A stretch of 60,248 nt of DNA, the filler included, from Nitrospinae bacterium RIFCSPLOWO2_12_FULL_45_22 (GTDB lineage: Bacteria > 2-12-FULL-45-22): the NCBI GenBank assembly GCA_001803565.1. It is 9 parts of 9 records of this genome, joined end to end, with 100 filler letters (N's around TTAATTAATTAA, not from the genome) between each part and the next. Parts side by side here need not be neighbours in the genome. Positions count along the whole stretch, not along the records: positions 27,689 to 33,553 come from MHDQ01000212.1; positions 33,654 to 41,396 come from MHDQ01000213.1; positions 41,497 to 47,051 come from MHDQ01000214.1; 6 more parts are not named here. One strand, written 5' to 3'. The stretch's first letter is position 1, and every line of letters begins with the position of its first letter. The translations under genes were made by a program, and so were the position numbers. Shown here in pieces: positions 32,115 through 41,715 of the stretch. Under the pieces are notes generated by a model, which saw only the letters and a list, made by a program, of their open reading frames with translations, had not been told where the DNA came from and ran no database searches.

Positions 32115-32189
32115 GGGCGATTAGCTCAGCGGGAGAGCGCTGCCTTCACACGGCAGAGGTCCTGGGTTCGAAACCCAGATCGCCCACCA
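32115..32189 (+). tRNA. tRNA-Val (CAC)
   Basis: GGGCGAT/ATCGCCC acceptor stem, CTGCC-TTCACAC-GGCAG, GGTTCGA, CCA. Confidence 0.97.
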
Positions 32190-32313
32190 TAAAAAATTGT
32201 AACCGTTCAGCCACCAGGGCACAGGTCGTGAAGAGTCAGAAGTGAGCAGCAAGGAGTTAAAAGCTCTTGGCTCACTCTTTACTCCTTAGTGCTCATGGTT
32301 TAGTAGTCTTTGT

Positions 32314-33156
32314 ATGGAGAATAAGGCTTTAACTAACAAAGTAAAGAGCCTGGCAAAAGAATTAGGTATTGACTTAATAGGTGTAGCATCATCAGAAAGG
32401 TTTAAGGAAGCACCCGCATCAGCCCAGCCAGAGGCTATCCTACCTAGCACTCACTCCGTTTTATCTATGGCTATAAGGATGAATCAAACCATACAGAATA
32501 TTCACCTGACGCATAGTACTAATGACCCGTTTTCCCGCTTCGGACACAGCTTATTAGCTTATAAGATAGATTATATAGCAAATGAAGTAGCTAATTTTTT
32601 AGAAGATAATGGTTATGAAGCCTGTCCTGTGCCGGCCGATTCTGATCTCTGGTCTGCGTTTAATCAGCCCCTGCTCTCTCATAGACATGCTGCGGTAGCA
32701 GCCGGCTTAGGGTACATAGGCTGGTCTAATAATCTGATCACACCGGAATTTGGCGCCGGGGTAAAATTAGCCACTATACTAACTTCGGCAGTGTTAGTAT
32801 CTGACCCCCTCCTCTCAGGGAATAATTGCCCTAGATGCTTAGCGTGTGTGAATATTTGCCCGGTTGAAGCAATCCACCCTACAGAAAGCGAGGCTTTTAT
32901 CCTGGATGGCTGGGTCTTTGAACATAGCAGATATTCTAAGACCAAGTGCCTCTGGAGTTGTCTGGGTCTGATTCAGGGTTTAGAAGGACGTCAGAAGAAT
33001 TATGCCCGGCCCGCTAAACTAACACCCCTACCTGAAGGCGATGAGATCCCGCCAAAACTTTGGAAGATTATCAGCAACAATGGTAATTATTCCTCTGCAC
33101 CCGTCCTTTGCGGGTTTTGTCTGACGGTCTGCCACCCAGAAAAACTTTCAAGATAA
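32314..33156 (+). CDS. QueG/reductive dehalogenase-like 2x[4Fe-4S] protein
   Basis: SHRHAAVAAGLG.IG..LITPEFG, CPRCLACVNICP, C..C, CGFCLTVC. Confidence 0.75.
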   Translation: MENKALTNKVKSLAKELGIDLIGVASSERFKEAPASAQPEAILPSTHSVLSMAIRMNQTIQNIHLTHSTNDPFSRFGHSLLAYKIDYIANEVANFLEDNGYEACPVPADSDLWSAFNQPLLSHRHAAVAAGLGYIGWSNNLITPEFGAGVKLATILTSAVLVSDPLLSGNNCPRCLACVNICPVEAIHPTESEAFILDGWVFEHSRYSKTKCLWSCLGLIQGLEGRQKNYARPAKLTPLPEGDEIPPKLWKIISNNGNYSSAPVLCGFCLTVCHPEKLSR

Positions 33157-33367
33157 AACTCAAGGTACGTGCGCTGTTCTCTCTAGGAACTTTGTGCCAA
33201 GAGATTAAAGGCATTTCGCAACTGTTTAGCCAAATAAAGTGTCCCAAATATGGTTCATCAGGAATCTAAAACTAAAGACTTAACCACGAACCTGCCTGTG
33301 CCGCCAGCACGGCAGACAGGTAACACGAAGTATTGTTACGACTTTTTAAGTAGCGGGATCGGTAGCC

Positions 33368-33553
33368 ATGAATAGAGATCAAGACCTTATTGATTTCACC
33401 CAGCAGATATCTTTGGGCTGGATTAACCAATATGCCGGAGAAATTGACTGCACCAGAGAATACCAGCATCTCCTCTCACTCTTTCCTCCTTTGTCGGAAT
33501 TATTCAAGCAAGGCAAGCAAGAGGACCCAGCGGAATTTGGACGCACAGTAGAC
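33368..33553 (+). CDS. Hypothetical protein (3' partial)
   Basis: ORF running into the contig end; no motif recognised. Confidence 0.35.
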
Positions 33554-33653
33554 NNNNNNNNNNNNNNNNNNNNNNNNNNNNNNNNNNNNNNNNNNNNTTA
33601 ATTAATTAANNNNNNNNNNNNNNNNNNNNNNNNNNNNNNNNNNNNNNNNNNNN

Positions 33654-33898
33654 TCTATCCGGGTGATGGGCATCTGACGTAACTTGAGGGGACCACCAAT
33701 AGTCATACCCGTAATACCCGAGCCAATAGTGCCTACCCAGGCAGCCTCAACATCCTTGGTCTCTATCTTAGCATCGGCAAATGCCTCATAAGCGGCATCG
33801 ATAACCATATAATCTACACTTTGATCCCAATTCTCACCAAATCTGGTACAGCCCATGCCTATTATTGCAACTTTATCTTTTATGGCATCTACTCTCAT
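33654..33898 (-). CDS. SCP2-type thiolase N-terminus (3' partial)
   Basis: IKDKVAIIGMGCTRFGE. Confidence 0.8.
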
Positions 33899-33917
33899 GG
33901 CCTTTCTCCCCTCCCTC

Positions 33918-35333
33918 TTATCTTACTGGACGGCATTTCCAGAAATAGCTATTAAATCCTTCAGCCTCCTGCATCTTCCTGAAAGTTAGCTCCATAGGCA
34001 TATCAACCTCAATCTTATCCGGGTCACGATCCGTCATCTGCCCATAGAACCTGACACCAGCATCCAGGTCAACAATACTGGTTATGACGGGTGGATCAAT
34101 ACTCTGGGCAAGGTGATCCTTGCAGAAGGTGTAGAGTTTCCCTTTCATCTCGGCCAGTCTGACCTCTTCATACTGGTCTTTAGCCCGGCAATAAGCACAG
34201 ACCCGCTGGGGTGGAAAGAATAACCGGCTGCAACTCTTGCATTTGCTGGCATGAAGACCAAGGACCATCTTGCGATCCCGGTGGAGAACCGCGGCGGACG
34301 AGACCATGGGAGGCCGGCGCCGGCCTATCTCGACCTCCATAAGCCTTCGCAGCCTGATATATTTTTCATAATTGCTGATTAGCCTCTTAGAATTCAAGTA
34401 GCCTTTTACTCCACGGCACTCTTTATTTTCTGGTATTTTATCTTTTACTTGCAGGGAGAATACATCACAGCCATCACCATAATTTATTAGCAGCAGCCTA
34501 TCCCCGGTCTTAGCATCTTCTAAAGCCCCTACCAATATCAGCAGGGCAAAGGCACTGCCTGTATTGCCTACCGAGTCGAACATAGGGTCCTGTATCTGGG
34601 TTTTAGGGTCGAGCTTCAGGCCCCGGGCCATTTCCTGATGCCGGCGGCCATCAGAGGCATAGAGGACGACCTTAGTATAATCCTGGGTATTAGCGTTGAA
34701 TTGCTTTAAGGCAGCACGGACGGCCTCCTGAACATTGGTGGTATAGCCCTGGGTCATGACAAACCGGTCTTCCCAGGATTTGACAAAGTTTTGCCCATCG
34801 GCCCGCCATATGTCTATTATTTCATCGGTGTGGGTATAACTGCCTTCTATGATCGTGCTACCAGCATCGCTAATGATCAGGGCCACAGCACCATCGCCAA
34901 ATACCTGCTCGAATTCTGACCCTGGCGCACCCAGCCGACAATCAGCCGCTACTACCATAACCTTCCGGGCAGAACCGGCTTTTACGGCATCTACTGCAGC
35001 CCGGATCGCATTGGTCCCTGCCCTTAAAGAATTAGCAAAGTCAGTGGTAAATATATTGCGCCGCAAGTCCAAAGCGGCTGCTACAATGGCTGCCGATTGT
35101 TTCTCCTTATATGGTGCCGTAGTACTGGCAAAGTAAAGCGCATCTATACTGTCTCGCTCTATCCCTTTGAGGCAGTCCTGCCCCGCCTCCACGGCCATAG
35201 TTATACTATCTTCATCAAAATTAGCTACCGCTTTTTCTCCCCTGAGGGGACCAGCCTCCCAGGCCCGACCGATCTCTTCCCGCTTCAACCGGTGAAAAGG
35301 TATATAGGCACCGTACGATTTTATGCTGACCAT
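33918..35333 (-). CDS. HMG-CoA synthase-like domain fused to DUF35 (Zn ribbon + OB fold)
   Basis: YGAYIP, DEDSITMAVEA, GDGAVA, GNTG; CKSC..FPP..CAYC; YFWKCRP. Confidence 0.85.
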   Translation of the reverse strand: MVSIKSYGAYIPFHRLKREEIGRAWEAGPLRGEKAVANFDEDSITMAVEAGQDCLKGIERDSIDALYFASTTAPYKEKQSAAIVAAALDLRRNIFTTDFANSLRAGTNAIRAAVDAVKAGSARKVMVVAADCRLGAPGSEFEQVFGDGAVALIISDAGSTIIEGSYTHTDEIIDIWRADGQNFVKSWEDRFVMTQGYTTNVQEAVRAALKQFNANTQDYTKVVLYASDGRRHQEMARGLKLDPKTQIQDPMFDSVGNTGSAFALLILVGALEDAKTGDRLLLINYGDGCDVFSLQVKDKIPENKECRGVKGYLNSKRLISNYEKYIRLRRLMEVEIGRRRPPMVSSAAVLHRDRKMVLGLHASKCKSCSRLFFPPQRVCAYCRAKDQYEEVRLAEMKGKLYTFCKDHLAQSIDPPVITSIVDLDAGVRFYGQMTDRDPDKIEVDMPMELTFRKMQEAEGFNSYFWKCRPVR

Positions 35334-35500
35334 AACTTCACCCCCTCCTAAAAAAGTGTTCAGTTGTCAGCGCTCAGCTTTCAGATAAAAACCAGGTGTC
35401 AGGGATCGGGGATTAAGGATCAGTTTATAGAGAGCAGAAAGCTAACCCCTGACTCCTGAACCCTATTGCTGATGGCTGATTGCTGACGGCTGATTGCTTT

Positions 35501-36376
35501 TTATTCCTGATAATGGGTTTTTCTGGTTACAATAGCGCCCTTTATCCCCTTTTCCCTCCTCTCTTTAAATAGATTAAATTCACCCGGCTCGTAACGAATA
35601 TTAGTCTGGAGGCTATGCATAATAGCATTGGCGATCATACCACTGCCCGCTCCCATAGCCTCTGCTACGGCATAGAACTGGGTTTTGCCCATCACAATAC
35701 CGTCGAAGGGCGCCCGGGTAATGGCCTCAGCCAGCTTATCTACTGTCTCTTCCAGCTTCTCTATAGGTACTACCTTATTTACCAGCCCGACACGCCAGGC
35801 CTCCTGGGCATCAATAGGTATGCCCGTAAGCATCATCTCTTTGGCCTTTTTCAGGCCGACCAACTGAGTGACCAGCCACACATCCGTAGTGGGGCCGATA
35901 TAACGCCAGCCAGGATGGGTAAACAGGGTATTTTCAGCAGCGATAGTTATGTCGCAAGCATTAGATATGTTCAACCCACCACCATAACAATACCCATGAA
36001 CCTCGGCAATGGTAGCCTTCAGGCAATTAAATATGGTACGGAACAGCCCATTGCTGGACATGAGCCAGATGTCTTTAGACAATCTAGCCCTTTGTGATAC
36101 ACGGCGTTCTTTCCCAGTGGTATCCATACCATACATAACCCCCAGTTCCGCTACATCATGTCCCGAGCAAAAAGAGCGGCCTGCCCCTCTAAAAATCAGT
36201 ACCTTAATATCCTCATCTTCATTGGCCGAATGAACTATCTCGTTTATCCTCTGATAATGGCCTATGCCAAGGGCATTTAGCTTTTCGGGCCTATTCAAAG
36301 TGATAACAGCGATCTTCTTATCTGGTTTTTTCTCATAAAGAATATCCTCATCCTTTATTGGTATCTTAGTTGCCAT
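35501..36376 (-). CDS. Enoyl-CoA hydratase/isomerase family protein
   Basis: LNRPEKLNA, FCSGHD, VHGYCYGGG, GLVNKVVP. Confidence 0.9.
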   Translation of the reverse strand: MATKIPIKDEDILYEKKPDKKIAVITLNRPEKLNALGIGHYQRINEIVHSANEDEDIKVLIFRGAGRSFCSGHDVAELGVMYGMDTTGKERRVSQRARLSKDIWLMSSNGLFRTIFNCLKATIAEVHGYCYGGGLNISNACDITIAAENTLFTHPGWRYIGPTTDVWLVTQLVGLKKAKEMMLTGIPIDAQEAWRVGLVNKVVPIEKLEETVDKLAEAITRAPFDGIVMGKTQFYAVAEAMGAGSGMIANAIMHSLQTNIRYEPGEFNLFKERREKGIKGAIVTRKTHYQE

Positions 36377-36578
36377 GGCATACCCCCCCTTTTCTTTATA
36401 TATAGTTAATTGAGTTGATCCAGGCCAGATACGATCGGGGTCATTCTACTCATTCCTGGCCAATAAGTCAAACAATAATTGTTTACTAAGGTTGCTAGAG
36501 AAATAAAGCATAAAATTTTTGGGAATGTCCAATCAATGTTTGCTTTGAAAATCTATGGAACAATCGGTTAAAATATTA

Positions 36579-36958
36579 GGCATCCTTCAAAAGTAGCAGG
36601 GCCACGTCGAAGTCATCTTAGAAGTCGATTGGGTAACTCAAGGCTTTAGCCTTGACAGATCAACCCTGAAGGGTTGAGTTACAGGGGCTGCTCAGGATCA
36701 CTTTGACGTTACCGTGTCAAAAGTAGTTAACAGTTTGACAAAAGGAATATATTTTTTTAACCCTTCACCACAAACGCAAAAAGCCGTAAGGCGTTAGTAG
36801 TAAGGCGTAAAGCGATAACTCCTCACCCCCTTACACCTCACTTCTCACTCCTTACGATGTACGTATCTCTGTGATCTCTGTGTGCTCTGTGGTAAATTAG
36901 CAAAATAATTTTACTGACGAAAAGTGTTGACTACTTTTTGGGCGAAATGAAGGATGCG
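36579..36958. mobile_element. Non-autonomous MITE with GGCATCCTTCA termini and nested palindromes
   Basis: GGCATCCTTCA ... TGAAGGATGCG, flanked by duplicated AAATATTA. Confidence 0.7.
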
Positions 36959-37101
36959 AAATATTAGATTGTATTTTGGACGCAGATTTGCACAGATTCC
37001 CGCAGATAACTAGAATCCAGAAGAGAAGTTGGTTGTTCCGCATTATTAAAATGAAAATCTCTATGCGATTAAATTAAGATATTCGAAGGAGGGAAGGGAT
37101 T

Positions 37102-37431
37102 ATGCCTATTTATGAATATCGTTGCAGCCAGTGCCAAAGGGTCAACAGCTTCCTTATCTTGAAGGAAACTCCTCTTGACTCACTCCAGTGCAAGGGGTGT
37201 GGTAGTCAGGATCTCTCCAGAGTTCTATCAAAGTTTGCTTATCATAAATCTGAGGCCAGCCGTATTGATGAATACGATCCCAATAAACGGCATGGATCAG
37301 AATTCTATAAAGACACACGGAACATAGGTTTGCATGCCCAGAACCGGATGAAAGAGTTGGGGGTAGACTTGGGGTCACAATTTGATGCGGTAGTAGATAA
37401 GGCCCGCTCCGGGGAATTGATTGATATATAG
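37102..37431 (+). CDS. FmdB-family zinc ribbon protein
   Basis: MPIYEYRCSQC ... CKGCGS. Confidence 0.85.
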   Translation: MPIYEYRCSQCQRVNSFLILKETPLDSLQCKGCGSQDLSRVLSKFAYHKSEASRIDEYDPNKRHGSEFYKDTRNIGLHAQNRMKELGVDLGSQFDAVVDKARSGELIDI

Positions 37432-37439
37432 CCCGAAAC

Positions 37440-37577
37440 CATCTCCGGGCTTTGGCGGGAGAAATAAAGGACTATATCCAAAGCGATAAAGAGGTCTTTG
37501 TCTATTTCAATAATGACCAGGGTGGCTTTGCGGTACAGAACGCCCTGGAGTTAAAGGAACTTCTAGCGGATGCCTAA
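37440..37577 (+). pseudogene. C-terminal remnant of a DUF72 protein
   Basis: EVFVYFNNDQGGFAVQNALEL with no start codon. Confidence 0.65.
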
Positions 37578-37639
37578 AGGCTACTTGCAGGGCAAGGCCC
37601 TGCAGCTCTGGCAGCACAAGGTGCTGCAGCTACACTACG

Positions 37640-38746
37640 ATGCCTAAATGCCGAGCTTGCCATAGAGATTCTTTATTGATCTCCAAAAAGATAGGTTTTT
37701 GTATAGACTGTATCCGGGGGAATTTTACTGAAGTCTGGCCCACCATACAAGCCGTCCATTGCCAGAGCCGCTTGGACTCTGGCCTACCACCCACTATTCC
37801 CAAGAGCCCCGCAGGGCTTAAATGTCACCTTTGTGTCAACCAGTGCCAGATAGCTGAAGGAGAGCGCGGCTATTGCGGGTTAAGGATTAATCGGGATGGA
37901 AAGCTGGTGGGTGGCGGCCCTGATGATGGCAATGTATCCTGGTACTATGATCCATTGCCCACCAATTGTGTAGCTGATTGGGTATGTGCTGGTGGGACTG
38001 GAGCAGGCTATCCCAAATATGCCTATAATTCAGGACCAGAACAGGGATACAAGAATCTGGCTGTCTTCTACCAGGCCTGCTCTTTTAACTGCCTCTTCTG
38101 CCAGAACTGGCAATATCGCCGCCTAAGTCATAGCCCAAGGAGGGTCCCGGCTGAGGCATTAGCAGACGCCGTGGATGAGAAGACGGCTTGTGTCTGTTAT
38201 TTTGGTGGTGACCCTACCCCGCAACTGGCCCATTCCCTGGCGACTTCCCAACAAGCCCTGGCCATAACTAGAAACCGCATCCTCCGTATATGTTGGGAGA
38301 CCAATGGCAGCATGAACCCTTCTTCTCTGGAGGCGATGGCAGACTTAGCCCTCCGTTCTGGTGGTTGTATTAAGTTTGATCTGAAGGCCTGGCATGAGGA
38401 AGTTAATCTGGCCCTGTGTGGTGTAACTAACAAAAGGACTTTAGAAAACTTCCGCTACTTAGCAGAGAGGGGCTTAGAAAGGACTCAGCCCCCTTTTCTG
38501 ATTGCCTCTACCCTCTTGGTTCCGGGATATATTGATGTCCAGGAAGTAGAAGGTCTATCCCGCTTTATCGCTTCATTAAACCCGGATATACCCTATGCCT
38601 TATTGGCCTACCACCCACTATTCTATCTCGATGATCTGCCCACTACTTCCAGGAGTCATGCCCTGGAATGCCAGGCAGCAGCCGAACGGGCAGGGTTAAA
38701 GAGGGTCAGGATAGGAAACATCCACCTCCTGCGAGATAATTATTAA
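37640..38746 (+). CDS. Radical SAM protein, PFL-activating/AmmeMemoRadiSam-like
   Basis: CHLCVNQC..GYCG, CSFNCLFCQNW, WETNG, KFDLK. Confidence 0.85.
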   Translation: MPKCRACHRDSLLISKKIGFCIDCIRGNFTEVWPTIQAVHCQSRLDSGLPPTIPKSPAGLKCHLCVNQCQIAEGERGYCGLRINRDGKLVGGGPDDGNVSWYYDPLPTNCVADWVCAGGTGAGYPKYAYNSGPEQGYKNLAVFYQACSFNCLFCQNWQYRRLSHSPRRVPAEALADAVDEKTACVCYFGGDPTPQLAHSLATSQQALAITRNRILRICWETNGSMNPSSLEAMADLALRSGGCIKFDLKAWHEEVNLALCGVTNKRTLENFRYLAERGLERTQPPFLIASTLLVPGYIDVQEVEGLSRFIASLNPDIPYALLAYHPLFYLDDLPTTSRSHALECQAAAERAGLKRVRIGNIHLLRDNY

Positions 38747-38830
38747 TCCTGACCCGGCTCACAGATACCGACACCCATCAACCGCTGAGCACGCAGAGAA
38801 CGTTGGATTCAGGTTTATGAAATGAAGTAC

Positions 38831-39376
38831 TCAGGGTTCTCTGACAGGAGAAAATGTGGGGGGAAGACATGAGGAGGGGTTAGGGGTAGGACAGAAAGTA
38901 ATTATTTCAGCTTTCTTCGGGAGTCTTAGTCTGGTATTTCTTTGTAATTCTTCTAAGATCAGGTGCTGGGTAGTATATTCCTGCTCCAGCAAGATTACCT
39001 GCTTACCCAGCCTATTTTCATTATTAATCAGGATGGGGGCCTGAAGATTAGCTGTTATCATGCCCGGGTCAGGGGGGATAGTGACTATGGTATGGACTGT
39101 CACGCTAGCTGGGTCATTAATTTCCAGGCCGGCTACTTCTTCCCGCGAGATCTTGACCCTATAATCAGGCCTAAAAATTAGAGGGTTTATGATGACAAAG
39201 GCCAGATAAGGGTCTTCTAAGCACTGAAACCACTGGAAAGGCATAGCTTCATCATATTTCAGTATGACATATTTGCGTAAGGTAGGAAACCCTATCAGCC
39301 CCTGGGTTAAGCTAATAATATCAGCTTCTTCTACCTCAATCTCCTCAAACTGCCGCGCTACAACTGGTAGTCTCAA
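38831..39376 (-). CDS. fliW: Flagellar assembly factor FliW
   Basis: GLIGFP, LAFVIINP, TANLQAPILIN, GKQVIL; next to csrA. Confidence 0.9.
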   Translation of the reverse strand: MRLPVVARQFEEIEVEEADIISLTQGLIGFPTLRKYVILKYDEAMPFQWFQCLEDPYLAFVIINPLIFRPDYRVKISREEVAGLEINDPASVTVHTIVTIPPDPGMITANLQAPILINNENRLGKQVILLEQEYTTQHLILEELQRNTRLRLPKKAEIITFCPTPNPSSCLPPTFSPVREP

Positions 39377-39449
39377 ATCTCTTCTCTCCTTTGTCTTACT
39401 TAACTTGACATTGTCACATTAAAATTGAACCCCTCCCTTGTTATCCTGA

Positions 39450-39577
39450 ATAACCGTTCGGCCACTAAGAAGCTCAAAGCGTAAAGTGCAAGGTGTAAAA
39501 TTAAGGTAATTATTCCTCAGCTTTGCACTTTTAGCTTTGCGTTTTACATTTCCTTGCGGTCCTTGGGCATTAGTGGC
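39450..39577. repeat. MITE-like 7-mer palindrome
   Basis: taaccgttcggccactaa ... ttagtggc; related to 9395-9472 and 12519-12595. Confidence 0.65.
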
Positions 39578-39593
39578 AGATAAGAGGCCTGCG

Positions 39594-39833
39594 TTATAAT
39601 CTACTAAACTTTTTTAGCCATATGGTCTTAATGGTCTGGATGTTAGAAGAGCTTTTGGCAGCCAGTTTATTCTCCATTAAAATCCTGGCATAAACTTCTT
39701 CTCGATGAACCATTGTTTCTGATGGTGCCTCTATACCTACACGTACCTGCCCTCTTTTCACCTCTATAACTGTTACTTTTATCTGAGGGCCTATCTGAAT
39801 ACTCTCCCCTGACTTCCTTGTCAAGACCAGCAT
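39594..39833 (-). CDS. csrA: Carbon storage regulator
   Basis: MLVLTRKSGESIQIG..VGIEAP..VHREEVY. Confidence 0.95.
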   Translation of the reverse strand: MLVLTRKSGESIQIGPQIKVTVIEVKRGQVRVGIEAPSETMVHREEVYARILMENKLAAKSSSNIQTIKTIWLKKFSRL

Positions 39834-39981
39834 CTAGGTTGCCCTCCCTGGCAATATAAGCAATCAGCAAGACTTATCGTAAGCTGTTAGGGGTAAGGCG
39901 TAAGGAGAAATTTTTCTCACCCCTTACGCCTTACGATTATTTCAACTGCAAGCTGACGGCTGATAACTGAATGCTTACTTA

Positions 39982-40866
39982 TTAGCGGAGGAAGTCTACT
40001 AAAGACTGCAGGATGACCCTTTTAGCTGCGGCCAAAGAGGCTTCATAGGCCAGTTGTTTGGCATTTAGCTCGGTTATAGCCTTAGCCATATCCATATCCT
40101 CAGTCCCTGATAGGAGCAGGGTAAACTCTGTTTCAAAATCTAGGGTCCTCTCCCGGGTGGTTTCTAATTGGTTGATTTTTGCACCGGCATAGGATATCTC
40201 ACGTATGACCTGCTCCAGGGCACTATTCAACTCCCCTAACTGTGCGGCAATACCGGTGGAATTGTCATTTTCCAGGGCAGTCTTTAAATCACTCAAGATG
40301 GTAAAGATATCCTTTCCTCCTCCACTACCTTTAAATACCCTGTTACCGGAGATATTAACGACTACGGATACATCGGGGCTTATCTCTACCTTTATCTCGC
40401 CATCATCGCCAGAGTAAGCACCTGAGCTGTCAAATGGAGCAGTATTAGTCTTATAGCCACCAAATATATAGCGGTTATCCAGTTTGGTATTAGCCAGTTG
40501 AGCAACCTGATCAAATATTACCTGTATTTCTTGGGCGGCAACATCCCGGCTAAAGTCATCAGCGGTACTGGAAGCCTGTGCTATAGCAATTTCGTTGGCC
40601 CTTACCACCAGGTTCTTCAGGTTGGTTAAGGCAGTGCTGGTAATATTAAGCCAGTTTTTCCCTTGATCAATATTCCTCTTATACTGACCCAGGGATTCTA
40701 GGGTTCTTTTATAACTCAGTACCTGTGTGATACCAACAGGATCATCTGATGGCCGGTTGATCCGTTTGCCAGAGGCAATAGACTCTTGAATCTTCGCTAT
40801 TTGGGTCTGGTTCTTAGTGAAGCCTTGAATAAAGTTGTTAATTAGTATTCGGGAAGTTATGCGCAC
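39982..40866 (-). CDS. flgL: Flagellar hook-associated protein 3
   Basis: SGKRINRPSDDP, YIFGG, AYEASL..SLVDFL. Confidence 0.93.
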   Translation of the reverse strand: MRITSRILINNFIQGFTKNQTQIAKIQESIASGKRINRPSDDPVGITQVLSYKRTLESLGQYKRNIDQGKNWLNITSTALTNLKNLVVRANEIAIAQASSTADDFSRDVAAQEIQVIFDQVAQLANTKLDNRYIFGGYKTNTAPFDSSGAYSGDDGEIKVEISPDVSVVVNISGNRVFKGSGGGKDIFTILSDLKTALENDNSTGIAAQLGELNSALEQVIREISYAGAKINQLETTRERTLDFETEFTLLLSGTEDMDMAKAITELNAKQLAYEASLAAAKRVILQSLVDFLR

Positions 40867-40949
40867 GGCTTTACTCCCTTTTTTAGGTTATTGTAGGCCC
40901 AGATTTATCCGTACCTCCCAATAGCACGAATAAAATTGTGCCTACATTT

Positions 40950-41396
40950 TTATACCATTTCTAACAAGGTTTGGAATAATTCATCGGCCATGGTAACCAG
41001 CTTGGCTGCAGCATCATAGGCCTGCTGGAAAAGTATAAGATTAGCCATCTCTTCATCCAGCGATACCCCCGAGATAGATTCCCGGTAATTACTCAGTTGA
41101 TTAACAATGGTCTCTTGATGCTCCAGGTTGCTGGTAGCTTCCTGGGTCTTACTGCCAACATATCCCACCAGGTTAGTATAAAATTCCGCAAAGGTAACGG
41201 TATCGGTGGACATAGTCAACTTACTTTGCAGGGCCGCTATACTCAAAGCAATGCTGTTATTACCCACACCATAATTACCAGTGCTAGGGTCTACCACCCC
41301 GGTAGCGATGTTATTGGTATCTCCCTCTATAACAGAATTTAAACTTATATCTAAGGCATTTTCACCGGTAAAAAAAGTATTTAACCCCAGCGCCAT
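40950..41396 (-). CDS. flgK: Flagellar hook-associated protein 1 (5' partial)
   Basis: SISGVSLDEEMANLILFQQAYDAAAK. Confidence 0.92.
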   Translation of the reverse strand: MALGLNTFFTGENALDISLNSVIEGDTNNIATGVVDPSTGNYGVGNNSIALSIAALQSKLTMSTDTVTFAEFYTNLVGYVGSKTQEATSNLEHQETIVNQLSNYRESISGVSLDEEMANLILFQQAYDAAAKLVTMADELFQTLLEMV

Positions 41397-41715
41397 NNNN
41401 NNNNNNNNNNNNNNNNNNNNNNNNNNNNNNNNNNNNNNNNTTAATTAATTAANNNNNNNNNNNNNNNNNNNNNNNNNNNNNNNNNNNNNNNNNNNNATAA
41501 ATTGGCCGGGGTAAAGAATGCTTTATCACTTTTGCCCAAGTGCCGAAATTCTATGCTGAAATAGTAATGTTACCGAAACCCAGACCTAGCAAGGGTTTAG
41601 GCAATCACAAATATTGTGCCAAAGAAGGTCAAAATTATCTTTCAAATCTCTGTATAATAGTAGTTTGGGTTAATTTTTGTGTTTCGTATTATGACCCCAA
41701 GGGCAGGAAGGGATT

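Noticed and set aside
3407-32189. tRNA-Val genes as prophage or island attachment sites
   Set aside because: No duplicated tRNA 3' end or integrase seen on either contig.
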